A stretch of 64,000 nt of DNA from an uncultured Spirochaetota bacterium (GCA_963835575.1 CAWIGG010000004.1:64001-128000), one strand, 5' to 3'. Numbered from the stretch's first letter, positions 10,023-20,405 are shown. Translations and numbers: made by a program. Notes: generated by a model not told the origin, from the letters alone.

Positions 10023-10658
10023 TTATTCCATCAATTGAGCCAATTTTTTCAATTTCCCGGGAATATCGGCGGAGCCTGTTATTTCCGTCACCAGCGCTAT
10101 GGTTTTCGCGCCTCTTTTTACAACCTCTAAAATATTCCTTTCCTTAATTCCGCCGATAGCCACAAAAGGCAGCGGGATATTTTCGACTACAAAATCAAGA
10201 TAACTTAAACCAACCGGCTTCGAACCATGCTTCTTCGTATAAGTCTTAAAAATAGGCCCGACGCCGATATAATCAGCCCCTTCCAGAAGCGCTTTTTGCG
10301 CCTGCTCCGGAGAATGCGTCGAAAGCCCTATAATTTTATTTCCTATCAGAGCGCGAACTTCCTTTACCGGCAAATCATCCTGGCCGATATGAACGCCGTC
10401 CGCTCCGACTGCAAGAGCAATATCTATGAAATCATTCACAATAAAGAGTATTCCCTCGTCAGCTGTTATTTTTCTGATTTCCCTGCATTCATCATATTTC
10501 TGACGGAGGGATTTACCGCCTTTTTCCCGGTATTGTATGATTTTAATACCGCCCCGCGCCATTTCGCGGACAACCTCGATATTTTTTCTTCCCTTTGAAT
10601 ACTCTTCGGCTGTGATCCCGTATATGCCCTGCGGCAGTATATTATCCGGCCTGTTCAT
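10023..10658 (-). CDS. thiE: Thiamine-phosphate synthase
   Basis: QYREK, IVND, ADGVHIGQDD, GLSTH, DYIGVGPIF.T.TK, AIGGI. Confidence 0.95.
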   Translation of the reverse strand: MNRPDNILPQGIYGITAEEYSKGRKNIEVVREMARGGIKIIQYREKGGKSLRQKYDECREIRKITADEGILFIVNDFIDIALAVGADGVHIGQDDLPVKEVRALIGNKIIGLSTHSPEQAQKALLEGADYIGVGPIFKTYTKKHGSKPVGLSYLDFVVENIPLPFVAIGGIKERNILEVVKRGAKTIALVTEITGSADIPGKLKKLAQLME

Positions 10659-10665
10659 ATCTTTA

Positions 10666-12096
10666 TTATCCTTTTACAACTCCTATCGGTTTTAAACGCG
10701 CCACTCTATGAGACAATCCGGATTTGCTGATTGATTGAACTACTTCTTCAATATCCTTATAAGCATAGGGCGCTTCTTCCAATACGCCTTCCTTGCTTTT
10801 TGTTTTTAAATATATATTTTTCTTGAGTAAGTCCTGATAGAGATGTTCAAAATCGGTTATCTTTTTGGCCTCTTGCCGCGGCATAGCTCTTCCGGCCCCA
10901 TGGACGGTGGAGCCGAATGTTTTTTCTATCGCTTCCTCCCTTCCGGCCAGAACATAGCTGTATGTGCCCATCGATCCTCCGACTATAACAGGCTGCCCTG
11001 ATACGCGGTATGGCCGGGAGATTTCAGCCAATTTTCCGGAAAAATTACGCGTGGTCCCTTTACGGTGAACAAGCACTTTGACTTTTGAAGCACCGATTTT
11101 ATGAATTTCTTCTTTTATGGTGTTATGACCGAGGTCATACATTGTATTGGTGTCCACATCCTTGATTATATCATTAAAAACGCCATGAATCGCATGGCTG
11201 ATCACCTGTCTGTTCGCGAACGCAAAATTTGACGCGCTCCGGACTGCTCCCAGGAACCTTCTTCCTTCATCTGAATTGACCGGGGCATAAAGAAGCTCCC
11301 TGTCCTTTATAGAGACATTAAATTTATCAGAAGCCTGGGAAAAGAGCGCAAGATAGTCCATCCCGATTTGATATCCAAGCCCCCTTGATCCTGTATGAAA
11401 ACTGACCACAACCTGATTTTTAAAGAGCCCGAATACCCTGGCTTTTTCTATATCGAAAACCTCATCCACAACCTGAAGTTCCAGATAATGATTCCCCGAA
11501 CCCAGTGTGCCCAGCTGGTTTTTTCCCCTTTTCAAGGCTTCTTCGCTCACCGCGTCCGGGTCCGCGCCGCTTAAATATCCATTATCTTCAATAAAATCAA
11601 GTTCGTCTTCTTTGCCCATGCCGCGGTTTTTTATGACCCACTTGGCTCCCTCCAGCAGAACATCCTTTATTTCCTTTCTGGAAAGCGACAGTTTGCCTAA
11701 AGAACCGACCCCGCAAGGAATAGTGCGGAAAAAAGCTTTCATAAGCGTGTCTACTTTTTTTTCAATGTCCTGGTAAATAAGGTTCGTTGTAACAAGCCTC
11801 ACACCGCAATTAATATCAAAACCAACGCCCCCGACGGAAACTATGCCTTCTTTTGCATCAAATACAGCGACACAGCCGTTAGGGAAGCCGTAACCGGAAT
11901 GAGCATCAGGCAAAACTATTGCTTTTTCCAGTATCCCCGGAAGAGAAGCAACATTTTTAAGCTGCTGATATACAGTTTCATCCATACTTTCAACAATAGA
12001 ACGGCTCCCTATTATAAGCCCGTCAACATTCATATCGCCATGCCTGGGGATAAGCCATTCATAATCGCTTACTCTATGCAGGCTTTTTAATTGCAT
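10666..12096 (-). CDS. rtcB: RtcB RNA ligase (long, archaeal-like type)
   Basis: PDAH.GYG, GFDINCG, GTLGSGNHYLE, HRKG, HGAGR, EEAP.AYKD; start moved to ATG 12096 with GGAGGA RBS. Confidence 0.95.
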   Translation of the reverse strand: MQLKSLHRVSDYEWLIPRHGDMNVDGLIIGSRSIVESMDETVYQQLKNVASLPGILEKAIVLPDAHSGYGFPNGCVAVFDAKEGIVSVGGVGFDINCGVRLVTTNLIYQDIEKKVDTLMKAFFRTIPCGVGSLGKLSLSRKEIKDVLLEGAKWVIKNRGMGKEDELDFIEDNGYLSGADPDAVSEEALKRGKNQLGTLGSGNHYLELQVVDEVFDIEKARVFGLFKNQVVVSFHTGSRGLGYQIGMDYLALFSQASDKFNVSIKDRELLYAPVNSDEGRRFLGAVRSASNFAFANRQVISHAIHGVFNDIIKDVDTNTMYDLGHNTIKEEIHKIGASKVKVLVHRKGTTRNFSGKLAEISRPYRVSGQPVIVGGSMGTYSYVLAGREEAIEKTFGSTVHGAGRAMPRQEAKKITDFEHLYQDLLKKNIYLKTKSKEGVLEEAPYAYKDIEEVVQSISKSGLSHRVARLKPIGVVKG

Positions 12097-12129
12097 TTCT
12101 TCCTCCGACAGGAAAGAGATAAACCCGAT

Positions 12130-12287
12130 CTGACAGATTATTTCGTTATTCAACTTTTTCGTATCTATTCAATAATTTCCACACCCGCCCATTTCCGGAA
12201 GCACAGAGATATCAATCGAACCATCAGATTACCGGCGGACAAAGACTGAAAGCTCCTGTTCATAAGCTCTTGTTAGAAATCCGTCAG
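12130..12287 (-). ncRNA. Candidate structured RNA (6S-like rod) or rtcB leader
   Basis: 5' CTGACGGATT pairs with 3' AATCTGTCAG; inner GTCCGCC/GGCGGGT stem; A-rich central bubble; TATATT just upstream. Confidence 0.35.
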
Positions 12288-12415
12288 TTTAATATAATTA
12301 AACCCAATACGAAACAATCATTTATTTTATAAGAAAATTGAAAAAAAGTAAATAAGTTTTCAAAAATTTGCAAAAATGCCCTGTTAGCTCATACAATATT
12401 AAACGGAGAAATAAT

Positions 12416-13765
12416 ATGCTTGATGCTGAATTTATTGAAAAAAGCCTTAATATTAATTCCTTAAAAATCGGGCATCCCAAAAATTCGCATATTGAGGGTT
12501 TTTCTATTGATTCCAGGGAAATTTCGGAAAATCAGTGTTTTATTGCAATCAAAGGCGAAAAACTGAACGGCCATAATTTTATATATGACTGCTACGCAAA
12601 AGGCGTCCGCTTTTTTATTATTCAAAAAGAATATAAAAATAAAATAAAAAAACTGATTTATAACAGCTTCATATTTCCTGTCCAGGATACAATCGGATCC
12701 TTATCAACTCTCGCAAAAGCGTATAAAAAGCATATCTTCGCGAGCTCAATCGGCATTACCGGAAGCGCCGGAAAAACAACAACAAGGGAATTGATCGGCA
12801 AAGTATTATCTTCAAAATATAATATTCATACGGCAAAAAAGAATTATAATAATGACATCGGCCTTCCGCTGACTATTCTGCAGGCTCCTCCGCAGACTCA
12901 TATCCTTGTTCTGGAAATGGGAATGAACCATAAGGGAGAAATCAAGAGGCTTTCTGAAATAGCAGAACCGCTGGTCGGTATTATTACCAACATCGGCTAT
13001 GCTCATATTGGAATGCTGGGAAGCCTGGAAAATACCGCAAATGCGAAAGCGGAAATATTCCATGGGATTAATCCTCATGGCATGGCCCTGCTGAACCGGG
13101 ACAACAATTATTTTCAATTTTTAAAAAATCTGTCGCCGGTTGAAGTCCTGGACTATGGTTTATCAGACATTACCGTAATCGAAGAAAAAGGGCTTGAAGG
13201 CTACCGCCTTTCTTATAAAAACAGGGAATTTGATTTTCAACTGGCCGGCGCTTATAATCTGTCCAATCTCGCGGCGGCCTTGAAAGCCGGCGAAATTTAT
13301 AAAATCAATCTGGATGAAATGATACAGTCGATTTCCAGCTTCATCCCGGTCAAGGGCAGAAGCGAAATTATCCGCAGAAATTTTACGATTATTCAGGATT
13401 CCTATAACGCCAATCCTTCATCAATGCTTTTGGCCCTGGATATACTCCGCAAAGCAAACGGCCGGCGTATTGCCGTTCTGGCTGATATGCTTGAACTCGG
13501 CCATTTATCACACTCTCTGCATGCCATGATAGGAAAAGACATATCGGAAAACCACTCCGCTGATATCGTGCTGGCATACGGGAGTGATTCCCGGAATGTA
13601 ATCGAAAATATTAAAAATACAAAAATAGAGAAATACTTTTTCCGCTCTCAGGAAGAGCTGATCGATAAACTCAGGAATATTGTTCAAAAAGACGATACTA
13701 TTCTTGTGAAAGCTTCTCATGGAATGCGGCTTGAAAACACGGTGCAGGCGCTAATGCTGCTTTAA
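12416..13765 (+). CDS. murF: UDP-MurNAc-tripeptide:D-Ala-D-Ala ligase
   Basis: IDSR, ITGSAGKTTT, NN.IGLPLT, EMGMNH.GEI, DSYNANP.S, MLELG, LVKAS; ATG 12416 with GGAG. Confidence 0.95.
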   Translation: MLDAEFIEKSLNINSLKIGHPKNSHIEGFSIDSREISENQCFIAIKGEKLNGHNFIYDCYAKGVRFFIIQKEYKNKIKKLIYNSFIFPVQDTIGSLSTLAKAYKKHIFASSIGITGSAGKTTTRELIGKVLSSKYNIHTAKKNYNNDIGLPLTILQAPPQTHILVLEMGMNHKGEIKRLSEIAEPLVGIITNIGYAHIGMLGSLENTANAKAEIFHGINPHGMALLNRDNNYFQFLKNLSPVEVLDYGLSDITVIEEKGLEGYRLSYKNREFDFQLAGAYNLSNLAAALKAGEIYKINLDEMIQSISSFIPVKGRSEIIRRNFTIIQDSYNANPSSMLLALDILRKANGRRIAVLADMLELGHLSHSLHAMIGKDISENHSADIVLAYGSDSRNVIENIKNTKIEKYFFRSQEELIDKLRNIVQKDDTILVKASHGMRLENTVQALMLL

Positions 13766-13789
13766 ATCCCTATGAATATCTGATAAGTT

Positions 13790-13981
13790 TTACTTTTCTT
13801 TTTTAGTTACAAAATGGTCAAACTTTTTCCAGACATCTTCCGGCCTGTCTTCATCGCAATTTTTGATAGTCAGGTAATAGCAGGGCGATGCATTGGCCAG
13901 AACGCATTTATCTATCTGCATTTCAATCGAACCATCAACATTACATCTCTGAAGATTGCATCTCAGCTGGAGACTTTGCAT
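13790..13981 (-). CDS. Small Cys-rich hypothetical protein (63 aa)
   Basis: Strong AAGGAGG RBS; 5 Cys; follows ORF 14078-15112. Confidence 0.65.
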   Translation of the reverse strand: MQSLQLRCNLQRCNVDGSIEMQIDKCVLANASPCYYLTIKNCDEDRPEDVWKKFDHFVTKKEK

Positions 13982-13998
13982 AAAACCCCTCCTTATTT

Positions 13999-14080
13999 AG
14001 CGGAAAGCAGAAAGCTAAAAGCTGAAAGCAAAGTGCCTTGGTTTCAAGCTTTCAGCTTTGCGCTTTAAGCTTTTAGCTTA
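13999..14080. repeat. Inverted pair of heptamer tandem arrays (hairpin)
   Basis: 5x AGCnnAA (13999-14033) facing 5x nnGCTTT (14046-14080). Confidence 0.75.
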
Positions 14081-15112
14081 TATATTCCCCGTAATGCTTA
14101 CAAAACCCCCATAGGCCGAGGAAAAAGCGTCCCCCATAAGTGTATAATAAAAACCTGTTTTATACATGAGATTATTCATGGCAAAATAAAAATAAAGCCC
14201 CAATCTATCGCTTAAAGAATAATTAGATGAAAAAAGGAGCGAATTTTCAGCTCCAAACCCGAAATCGTCTATTTTCGCTCCGAGAGCGATGTAAATGTCA
14301 AAATCATTGCTGATATTTTCAGAGTAGCCGTTATATGATGAAGGCCGTGTAAACAGCGTTAAAGTCTGTTCAAAAAAGCCTACTATAATATGCTCGGTTA
14401 TATTAAGATAAAAAGAATCGGCACTCGGTGTTTGCCCGAACAAGGTGTCCGGCGAATATAGACCCATCATGAAATCCACTTTCCCGAATATAGTCTTGAC
14501 ATAAATTCCGAAACGGTATGCCAGCGTATTATCTAAAGAAGCCTGGTAAATACTGACATTATTTATCCCCGCATAAAGTTCAATAATATAGTGTTCCATT
14601 TTCAGATACCATACAGTATCCATATTTACAAAATTTGTATTTGTATCAGAAGGCTGATAAAAATAAAGATGCGGTTGAAGAAGGTTGTCCATGAGATCCG
14701 CATAAAATTCAAGACCGGTCCCCGATATGTCTTTATAGCCGATATATTCAAGCCCTGTCTTTTGATGAAATTGAAAACCCCTGTAACCGATATCAGCATT
14801 TCCCAGGGTGGTATTTTTACCGAGAAAATAACCGAGATAGAATGATTCAACAGGATTCATATAGATTTTAAGCGAAGATAATCCAATCGTATTTGAAAGA
14901 ATGGAGCTGACATTATAGTTTTTAAATCCCAGTCCGACCTTAACGCCGTATTTAAGGCCTGTGTCTATGAGAGCATCAATCCTGTAGGAGGTAAACATAC
15001 TCGCGCTGGAATTCATTTCAGAATAAACATTAAACTCGGGAAAAAAGATGCTGCTTGAAAATGCTTTCAAGTAAATAATTATAAAGAAAATAATTAATAG
15101 ACTTCTTCTCAT
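14078..15112 (-). CDS. Exported, probable outer-membrane beta-barrel protein
   Basis: Signal peptide; aromatic/Gly alternating strands; AGGAG RBS. Confidence 0.6.
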   Translation of the reverse strand: MRRSLLIIFFIIIYLKAFSSSIFFPEFNVYSEMNSSASMFTSYRIDALIDTGLKYGVKVGLGFKNYNVSSILSNTIGLSSLKIYMNPVESFYLGYFLGKNTTLGNADIGYRGFQFHQKTGLEYIGYKDISGTGLEFYADLMDNLLQPHLYFYQPSDTNTNFVNMDTVWYLKMEHYIIELYAGINNVSIYQASLDNTLAYRFGIYVKTIFGKVDFMMGLYSPDTLFGQTPSADSFYLNITEHIIVGFFEQTLTLFTRPSSYNGYSENISNDFDIYIALGAKIDDFGFGAENSLLFSSNYSLSDRLGLYFYFAMNNLMYKTGFYYTLMGDAFSSAYGGFVSITGNI

Positions 15113-15516
15113 GAAGCTCTCCTTTCAAGACTTAAAAATTTATCATTGATTCAAAAAATAATCAAGTATTATCATTTATAGAACAATTCAATAAATATTC
15201 AATCATATTCATCAAAAGCTTAAGAACAGACTAATTACCGCTCGCCGCTTGCTTCCAGCAAACTCTTTCCGATAAATTTTCGACCGGGCTCAGCCTATAC
15301 ACTCCAGGCAGGCTTTTCTGTAACATTGCCGTACAGAACATGGCGAAAGATGCGGGAATTGTATATCGCAAATACATAAGCCATCAATAAATAAAAAAGA
15401 ATGGCCCAATTCAGGCGCCTGTCTAAACAAAAACTTGATTTTTAATAATTAACACACTATATTAAATCGGATTGGGGGGCTGAATTCTGAACTGAGTAAA
15501 AGGCGGATTAAAAGCA

Positions 15517-16263
15517 ATGAAACTGCTCATTTTTAATTACTCGCTTACCGATACCTCTGATCTGGCTATAGATCTCATTCCAATGGGATTGGAGTGTCAG
15601 GAAACAACTTCAAAAGACGAAGCAATTAAAGTCCTGAAAAAAAATAATGCAATGCCAATCTTTCTCACAGAAAATTACGAAATTGATTTTTTAAAACAGG
15701 TTAAGGAAATAAACCCTTCCATCTGTATTTTTTTACTTGTTAAAAATTCCATTAAACCTGATGCCATAAAAAGCCTTTCAACTCTCGGTATCTCTGCAAT
15801 TATTAATTTTTCTCAAAATACAAATCAAATGGCAGAGGAAATAGTCCGCTGTATTGTAACAAGCAACATTCATCCGCAGGATAAAAGAACCCATATCCGT
15901 ATCAAACCGAAAGATTTTGAGGAAATAAAAGGCGCTATTTATCTGAAGAGCCTGAATAAATTTATAAAAGGAAATATTATAGATATCAGCGCGGGGGGAA
16001 CTGCCATTCTCCTTGACGATTCAACGGAAGTTTCGTTATTAAGTCCAAAAACTGTTTACGATCCCCTCATTATCCTGATCAAAGGCGATAGTATTAAAAC
16101 GCTCGCGACGCTGATTGCCGTCAGGAAGAACGCGGCCGGTTTCCGTTTTGATAATGTCGAGGCTGTTGGAATGAGAAAAATAGCGGCATACATCCATTAC
16201 AGAATATCTGAAAACTCAAGGGATCTTCAAAAGAATACTTCAGAACAGCTTAAACAGCAGTAG
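15517..16263 (+). CDS. PilZ-domain protein with degenerate receiver-like N-terminus
   Basis: RxxxR (KRTHIR) and DxSxxG (DISAGG) c-di-GMP motifs; TTGATT-N17-TATATT at 15435-15463. Confidence 0.8.
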   Translation: MKLLIFNYSLTDTSDLAIDLIPMGLECQETTSKDEAIKVLKKNNAMPIFLTENYEIDFLKQVKEINPSICIFLLVKNSIKPDAIKSLSTLGISAIINFSQNTNQMAEEIVRCIVTSNIHPQDKRTHIRIKPKDFEEIKGAIYLKSLNKFIKGNIIDISAGGTAILLDDSTEVSLLSPKTVYDPLIILIKGDSIKTLATLIAVRKNAAGFRFDNVEAVGMRKIAAYIHYRISENSRDLQKNTSEQLKQQ

Positions 16264-16295
16264 AGACGCACGGCCGTGCGTCTCTACTGCTGTTT
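16252..16295. repeat. 44-bp perfect palindrome, GTAG-type REP; likely bidirectional terminator
   Basis: AAACAGCAGTAGAGACGCACGG|CCGTGCGTCTCTACTGCTGTTT between convergent genes. Confidence 0.8.
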
Positions 16296-17500
16296 TAAGT
16301 ATCTAAAATATGCCCCATTTTATTTTTTTTCGTCATCATATATTTTTTATTTATTTCATTCGCCTTGATCACCAGCGGCACCCGTTCCACAATTTCCATT
16401 CCATACCCTTCCAGACCTATTACTTTTTTCGGGTTATTAGTTAATAGCCTGATTTTTGTCAGACCGAGGTCCTGTAAAATCTGGGCTCCGATCCCATAGT
16501 CCCTGAGATCCGCTTTAAACCCGAGCTGGATATTTGCCTCGACCGTATCCAGCCCCTGTTTATCCTGCAAAGAATAAGCCTTAATCTTATTCACAAGCCC
16601 AATACCCCGGCCTTCCTGACGCATATAAAGGATGACGCCGCATTCCTCTTTTTCAATCAATTCCATCGCTTTGTGCAGCTGTTCTCCGCAATCACAGCGG
16701 AGCGACCCCAATATATCCCCTGTAAAGCATTCCGAATGGACCCTGACCAGGACTGAGTCCGATTTTTCTATTTTTCCTTTTATGAGAGCAACATGATCCT
16801 TTTCATCAATATCGCTTCTATAGACAGCAATTTTAAATTCTCCGTGTTTAGTCGGAAGGCCTGCTTCCGCTTCTTTCCAGACATGCTTTTCCTGAGTTCT
16901 CCGGTACTCAATCAATTGAGCGACACTGATTATTTTTAAATTGTGTTTTTTCGCGAATTCTGTCAGTTGAGGCATTCTGGCCATTGTCCCGTCATCATTG
17001 AGAATCTCGCAGATAACACCGACTTCCTGAAGGCCCGCCAGGCGCATCAGATCGACAGCGGCTTCAGTATGCCCGGCCCTCTTGAGAACGCCGCCGAGAC
17101 GTGCTTTTAACGGAAAAATATGCCCGGGCCTGACAAAATCGCTTTTGTCCGCATTTGGGGCCGCCAGTTTTCTGAGCGTTTCCGCCCGTTCAAAAGCTGA
17201 AATCCCAGTTTTTGTAGTATTAGCGTCTACTGAGACCGTAAAAGCCGTACCCCATTTTTCGTTTGTATCTTCTGTCATGATCGGCAAATCCAGTTTTTCA
17301 GCTTTTTCTGCTGTCAAAGGGGCGCAGATAAGACCGCGGGCCTCTTTAATAATAAAATTGATGTTTTCCGGAACAGCCAGTTCCGCGGACATAATAAGAT
17401 CACCCTCATTCTCTCTCGTTTCATCATCAACTACTATAACCATATTGCCTTTTTTTATTTCCGCTATGGATTCCTCAATTGTGTTTAATGCATGAACCAT
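16295..17500 (-). CDS. ribBA: Bifunctional DHBP synthase / GTP cyclohydrolase II
   Basis: [45 protein letters not shown]. Confidence 0.97.
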   Translation of the reverse strand: MVHALNTIEESIAEIKKGNMVIVVDDETRENEGDLIMSAELAVPENINFIIKEARGLICAPLTAEKAEKLDLPIMTEDTNEKWGTAFTVSVDANTTKTGISAFERAETLRKLAAPNADKSDFVRPGHIFPLKARLGGVLKRAGHTEAAVDLMRLAGLQEVGVICEILNDDGTMARMPQLTEFAKKHNLKIISVAQLIEYRRTQEKHVWKEAEAGLPTKHGEFKIAVYRSDIDEKDHVALIKGKIEKSDSVLVRVHSECFTGDILGSLRCDCGEQLHKAMELIEKEECGVILYMRQEGRGIGLVNKIKAYSLQDKQGLDTVEANIQLGFKADLRDYGIGAQILQDLGLTKIRLLTNNPKKVIGLEGYGMEIVERVPLVIKANEINKKYMMTKKNKMGHILDT

Positions 17501-17589
17501 TTCCGACCTCAATCTTTATTTAGTACTTAGGACACTTCTAAAACTTGTGGCGAGTTTTTCGAATCAACCATCAAAATATTTTACATTAA

Positions 17590-19662
17590 TTAAAAACCGG
17601 GGATTTTTATATTCTTTCCCGCGTCTTTGAGTTTATCCTTGGTTTGTTTATTAACCTGGCCCTCGATTTCTTTCTTTTTATCATCCAGAGTCTTCTGCAT
17701 ACCGTCTGTATCTTTGATATTTTTCTGTGAATCATTGTCCATCTTATTAAAAGCAGAATAAAGAGCATCATTCTTTTTAAGATCCGGCCCGATCTGCTTC
17801 ATCAAGGAATCTTTCAATTCTTTCTCATATTTTTTCGTATAATTTTGAATCAACATGCCAACTTTTCTACTGATTATCCCATCGATGTTGCTTTTTCCCT
17901 GAATGGACACCTGTCCATCCGGTGAAAAAACATAACTGATCTCAAGCACAACATTCGGGGTCTTTGTCAACGTATCATAAATCACTTTGTTGATTATATC
18001 ATCTTTATTGGCCATATCCATTTGTATTTTGCTGAGGTTAATGACAGCAACTCCCTTTGTCCCGCCGCGTTTATCTAATTTAAATGAAGTCTTCAACCTG
18101 TACATACTTTTAAAATATTTAACGTTAAGAAAGCCCAGACTTTCCTGTATTTCCAGCGGATAGTTGTTGATCTGCAGCTCCAGGCCAAAAGTCTCTTCGG
18201 CATTTGAACGCGAATTAATCATTCCGTTCAACAGGATCTCCTGTCCGCTTTTATCCTGTTCAAAATGGAAAGTAACAGGTTTTTTCCACATATCAGGATC
18301 GCTGGAGACATCCCTTAAATATGCCTCCATATAATTATTATCTTTTTTCTTCCCGATAGATGATGCAAGATTCTGGATCAGGAAGTTCGGATAAACTTGA
18401 GCGGGAAAATAAACATTATAGCCCCTTCTTCTTTGGAGGTCCTCATTCCTCTTCTGCTTTTTTTCCTTTTCGCTGTCTTTATCTTTAAGTTTTATTGCAT
18501 AGTCCCGGGCTTTAAGCGCGTAAATATATATCTTCCCCAGCTTTTGAGCGAGAAATTTATTAGCAATAGCAATCGCCATGCCCTGCAAGCCGCCTTTTGG
18601 AAGATTAATTAAGGATAAAAAATAATTATTATCCTTATCCAGAGAATTCTGCAGGTCTTTTTTCAGAATATCAACTTTATTCTTATCAAGATCAAAATCC
18701 TTATTGATTTTTTCAATATCATGTTTCAGATTTTCAACGGCCGGAGCGTATGAATTTATTTTATTTAGGGCCTGCCGGGCCTGTTCTGCGGTTTTAATGG
18801 AATTAATATCAATTTTTTTTACCTCATCTATTCCTTTTGATGTCTTTTCCACATTTTTCCGGGCGCTCTTAAGATTATTATCCCATTTATTGGTCATTCC
18901 AGTGATTTCAATATTGGCATTGCTTAATTTTTTTATTGTCTGGATATTAGTTTTATTATCCTCAACTATTTTCGCCGGGTCTATCTTGCCGAGACTGAAA
19001 GGCTGACTGGCCTTATCCTGTTTTTTATCCTGTCCTTTTGTTTCATTCTTTTTTTCCTGTTTATTCGGCAGATTCCCGGAAGTTTTTCTGTCAGTATTCC
19101 AGCTGATGCCCTGGCATTCAATATTTTTTGCCACGAATTTTCCAAGCAAAAGCTGGGGCGCATTCAGATTTATTTCAGTTTTATCAAACTCAAACAAGTT
19201 TTTCATAGGCGCGTCCGCGTCCGCAACGGCCAGATGTTTAATTGTTATTTTTGTATTGAGCAGCTCAAAATTCAGTCCCTGAATTTCAGCTTTAGCATTA
19301 AACAAAGCCTCAAGGCCAGTTTTAAGCGCCTGGGTCAACAGCATGTTCTTGAAAAATATACTAAAAATAACAATAACTCCCACTATAACAAGAAGCGGCG
19401 TTACTTTTACTAAATCAAATATACCGCCTTTATTTTTATTAACCGCATCAGCTATTGATTTAATCCTTTTAGTTTCTTCTTTTGTAAATTCGTCTTTATT
19501 TAACAGATAATTGCCCTGCGGGTCTTTTTTATAAAGAGATTGAATGAATTCTTTGTCTTTTTGAATATAAATTTTCTTCAGTATTTTCTTTTCAAATACT
19601 TTGCTTTTTATAGATTTGCGGAAAGGTTTTTTTATTTTTAGCTTTTTTATTTTTTCAGCCAT
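17590..19662 (-). CDS. TIGR03545-family (AsmA-like) membrane-anchored protein
   Basis: TM followed by 'LE..F.AKAEI...L.VAD...PMKNLFE..R.TSG'; paired with TIGR03546-like gene. Confidence 0.7.
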   Translation of the reverse strand: MAEKIKKLKIKKPFRKSIKSKVFEKKILKKIYIQKDKEFIQSLYKKDPQGNYLLNKDEFTKEETKRIKSIADAVNKNKGGIFDLVKVTPLLVIVGVIVIFSIFFKNMLLTQALKTGLEALFNAKAEIQGLNFELLNTKITIKHLAVADADAPMKNLFEFDKTEINLNAPQLLLGKFVAKNIECQGISWNTDRKTSGNLPNKQEKKNETKGQDKKQDKASQPFSLGKIDPAKIVEDNKTNIQTIKKLSNANIEITGMTNKWDNNLKSARKNVEKTSKGIDEVKKIDINSIKTAEQARQALNKINSYAPAVENLKHDIEKINKDFDLDKNKVDILKKDLQNSLDKDNNYFLSLINLPKGGLQGMAIAIANKFLAQKLGKIYIYALKARDYAIKLKDKDSEKEKKQKRNEDLQRRRGYNVYFPAQVYPNFLIQNLASSIGKKKDNNYMEAYLRDVSSDPDMWKKPVTFHFEQDKSGQEILLNGMINSRSNAEETFGLELQINNYPLEIQESLGFLNVKYFKSMYRLKTSFKLDKRGGTKGVAVINLSKIQMDMANKDDIINKVIYDTLTKTPNVVLEISYVFSPDGQVSIQGKSNIDGIISRKVGMLIQNYTKKYEKELKDSLMKQIGPDLKKNDALYSAFNKMDNDSQKNIKDTDGMQKTLDDKKKEIEGQVNKQTKDKLKDAGKNIKIPGF

Positions 19663-19680
19663 ACATAATCTCCTTTACAA

Positions 19681-20223
19681 TTAATGCGTCGGGAAAGTAA
19701 TACTTGAAGCCTTACTGATGATCTTTGTAATTAGGGATATAAAAGGCGCATTAAGAAATCCCTTAACAAGCTTGCTGTTTTCAATGACGCTTTTCAGTTT
19801 ATTCCTGTAGAATTTGACTGTAACAGTAAATAATATAAAAATAGGGAGCCAGAGTATAATTCCCAGTGCGAATCCTCCCATGACAATCGTATTATTAAAT
19901 TTAGTAAAAGGCATGAAAGGCGTGTTGATCAGCCCTGTATAAGTATTTTTGAGAGCGGGAATAGTTAATACCATATATCCGAAGCTGTCCAGAAGCGGAT
20001 CAAATAAAAACATAAAAAGTTTGAAAAGCACAAGAAACAACGCTTCAATCCCGAAATGGACTTTTAAGAAAAATGTCAGTATGAATAATAAAATCCATAA
20101 TAAATTATTTGAAGGAATGAGCGCCAGCATAAAAGCAAAAGCAATTCCGGCGGCAATTTCGCCGGGATTCTGATTTGAATTTAATGTTTTGATCAGATCA
20201 GTTATCCATTTGACCACAAACAT
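19681..20223 (-). CDS. TIGR03546/DUF2062-family membrane protein
   Basis: 'LNSN..PG.IA', 'DPLLD..G..VL', 'FNNTIVMG' motifs. Confidence 0.8.
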   Translation of the reverse strand: MFVVKWITDLIKTLNSNQNPGEIAAGIAFAFMLALIPSNNLLWILLFILTFFLKVHFGIEALFLVLFKLFMFLFDPLLDSFGYMVLTIPALKNTYTGLINTPFMPFTKFNNTIVMGGFALGIILWLPIFILFTVTVKFYRNKLKSVIENSKLVKGFLNAPFISLITKIISKASSITFPTH

Positions 20224-20347
20224 GATAACCCTCCTTACCTAATCTTTTTATTGATATAATAATATAATGAAGGGATGAATAAATCTCAAATAAAAATTAT
20301 CAGGCTTAATGATTCATATATTTACATTTTATATATAGTAAATAAAT

Positions 20348-20390
20348 AGGGATGATTCATCGAACATCTTCCGTACGATGGATCATCCCT
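20348..20390 (-). terminator. Hairpin downstream of 5S rRNA (rrn terminator)
   Basis: AGGGATGATTCATCG / CGATGGATCATCCCT inverted repeat followed by TATTTATTT on the minus strand. Confidence 0.6.
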
Positions 20391-20405
20391 CATAAAATAA
20401 AAAAA

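Noticed and set aside
12097..12330. Archease gene upstream of rtcB
   Set aside because: No suitable ORF; the track's N-terminal extension precedes the real RBS.
14078..15112. Tat substrate because of the MRR start
   Set aside because: Lacks the S/T-R-R-x-F-L-K context; resembles a Sec signal.
15230..15362. GC-richer intergenic patch with weak terminal inverted repeat
   Set aside because: Looks like degraded repeat fragments; no consistent structure could be supported.
17501..17589. FMN riboswitch before ribBA (also TPP before thiE, preQ1 before queF)
   Set aside because: Intergenic gaps are too short and lack the consensus motifs.
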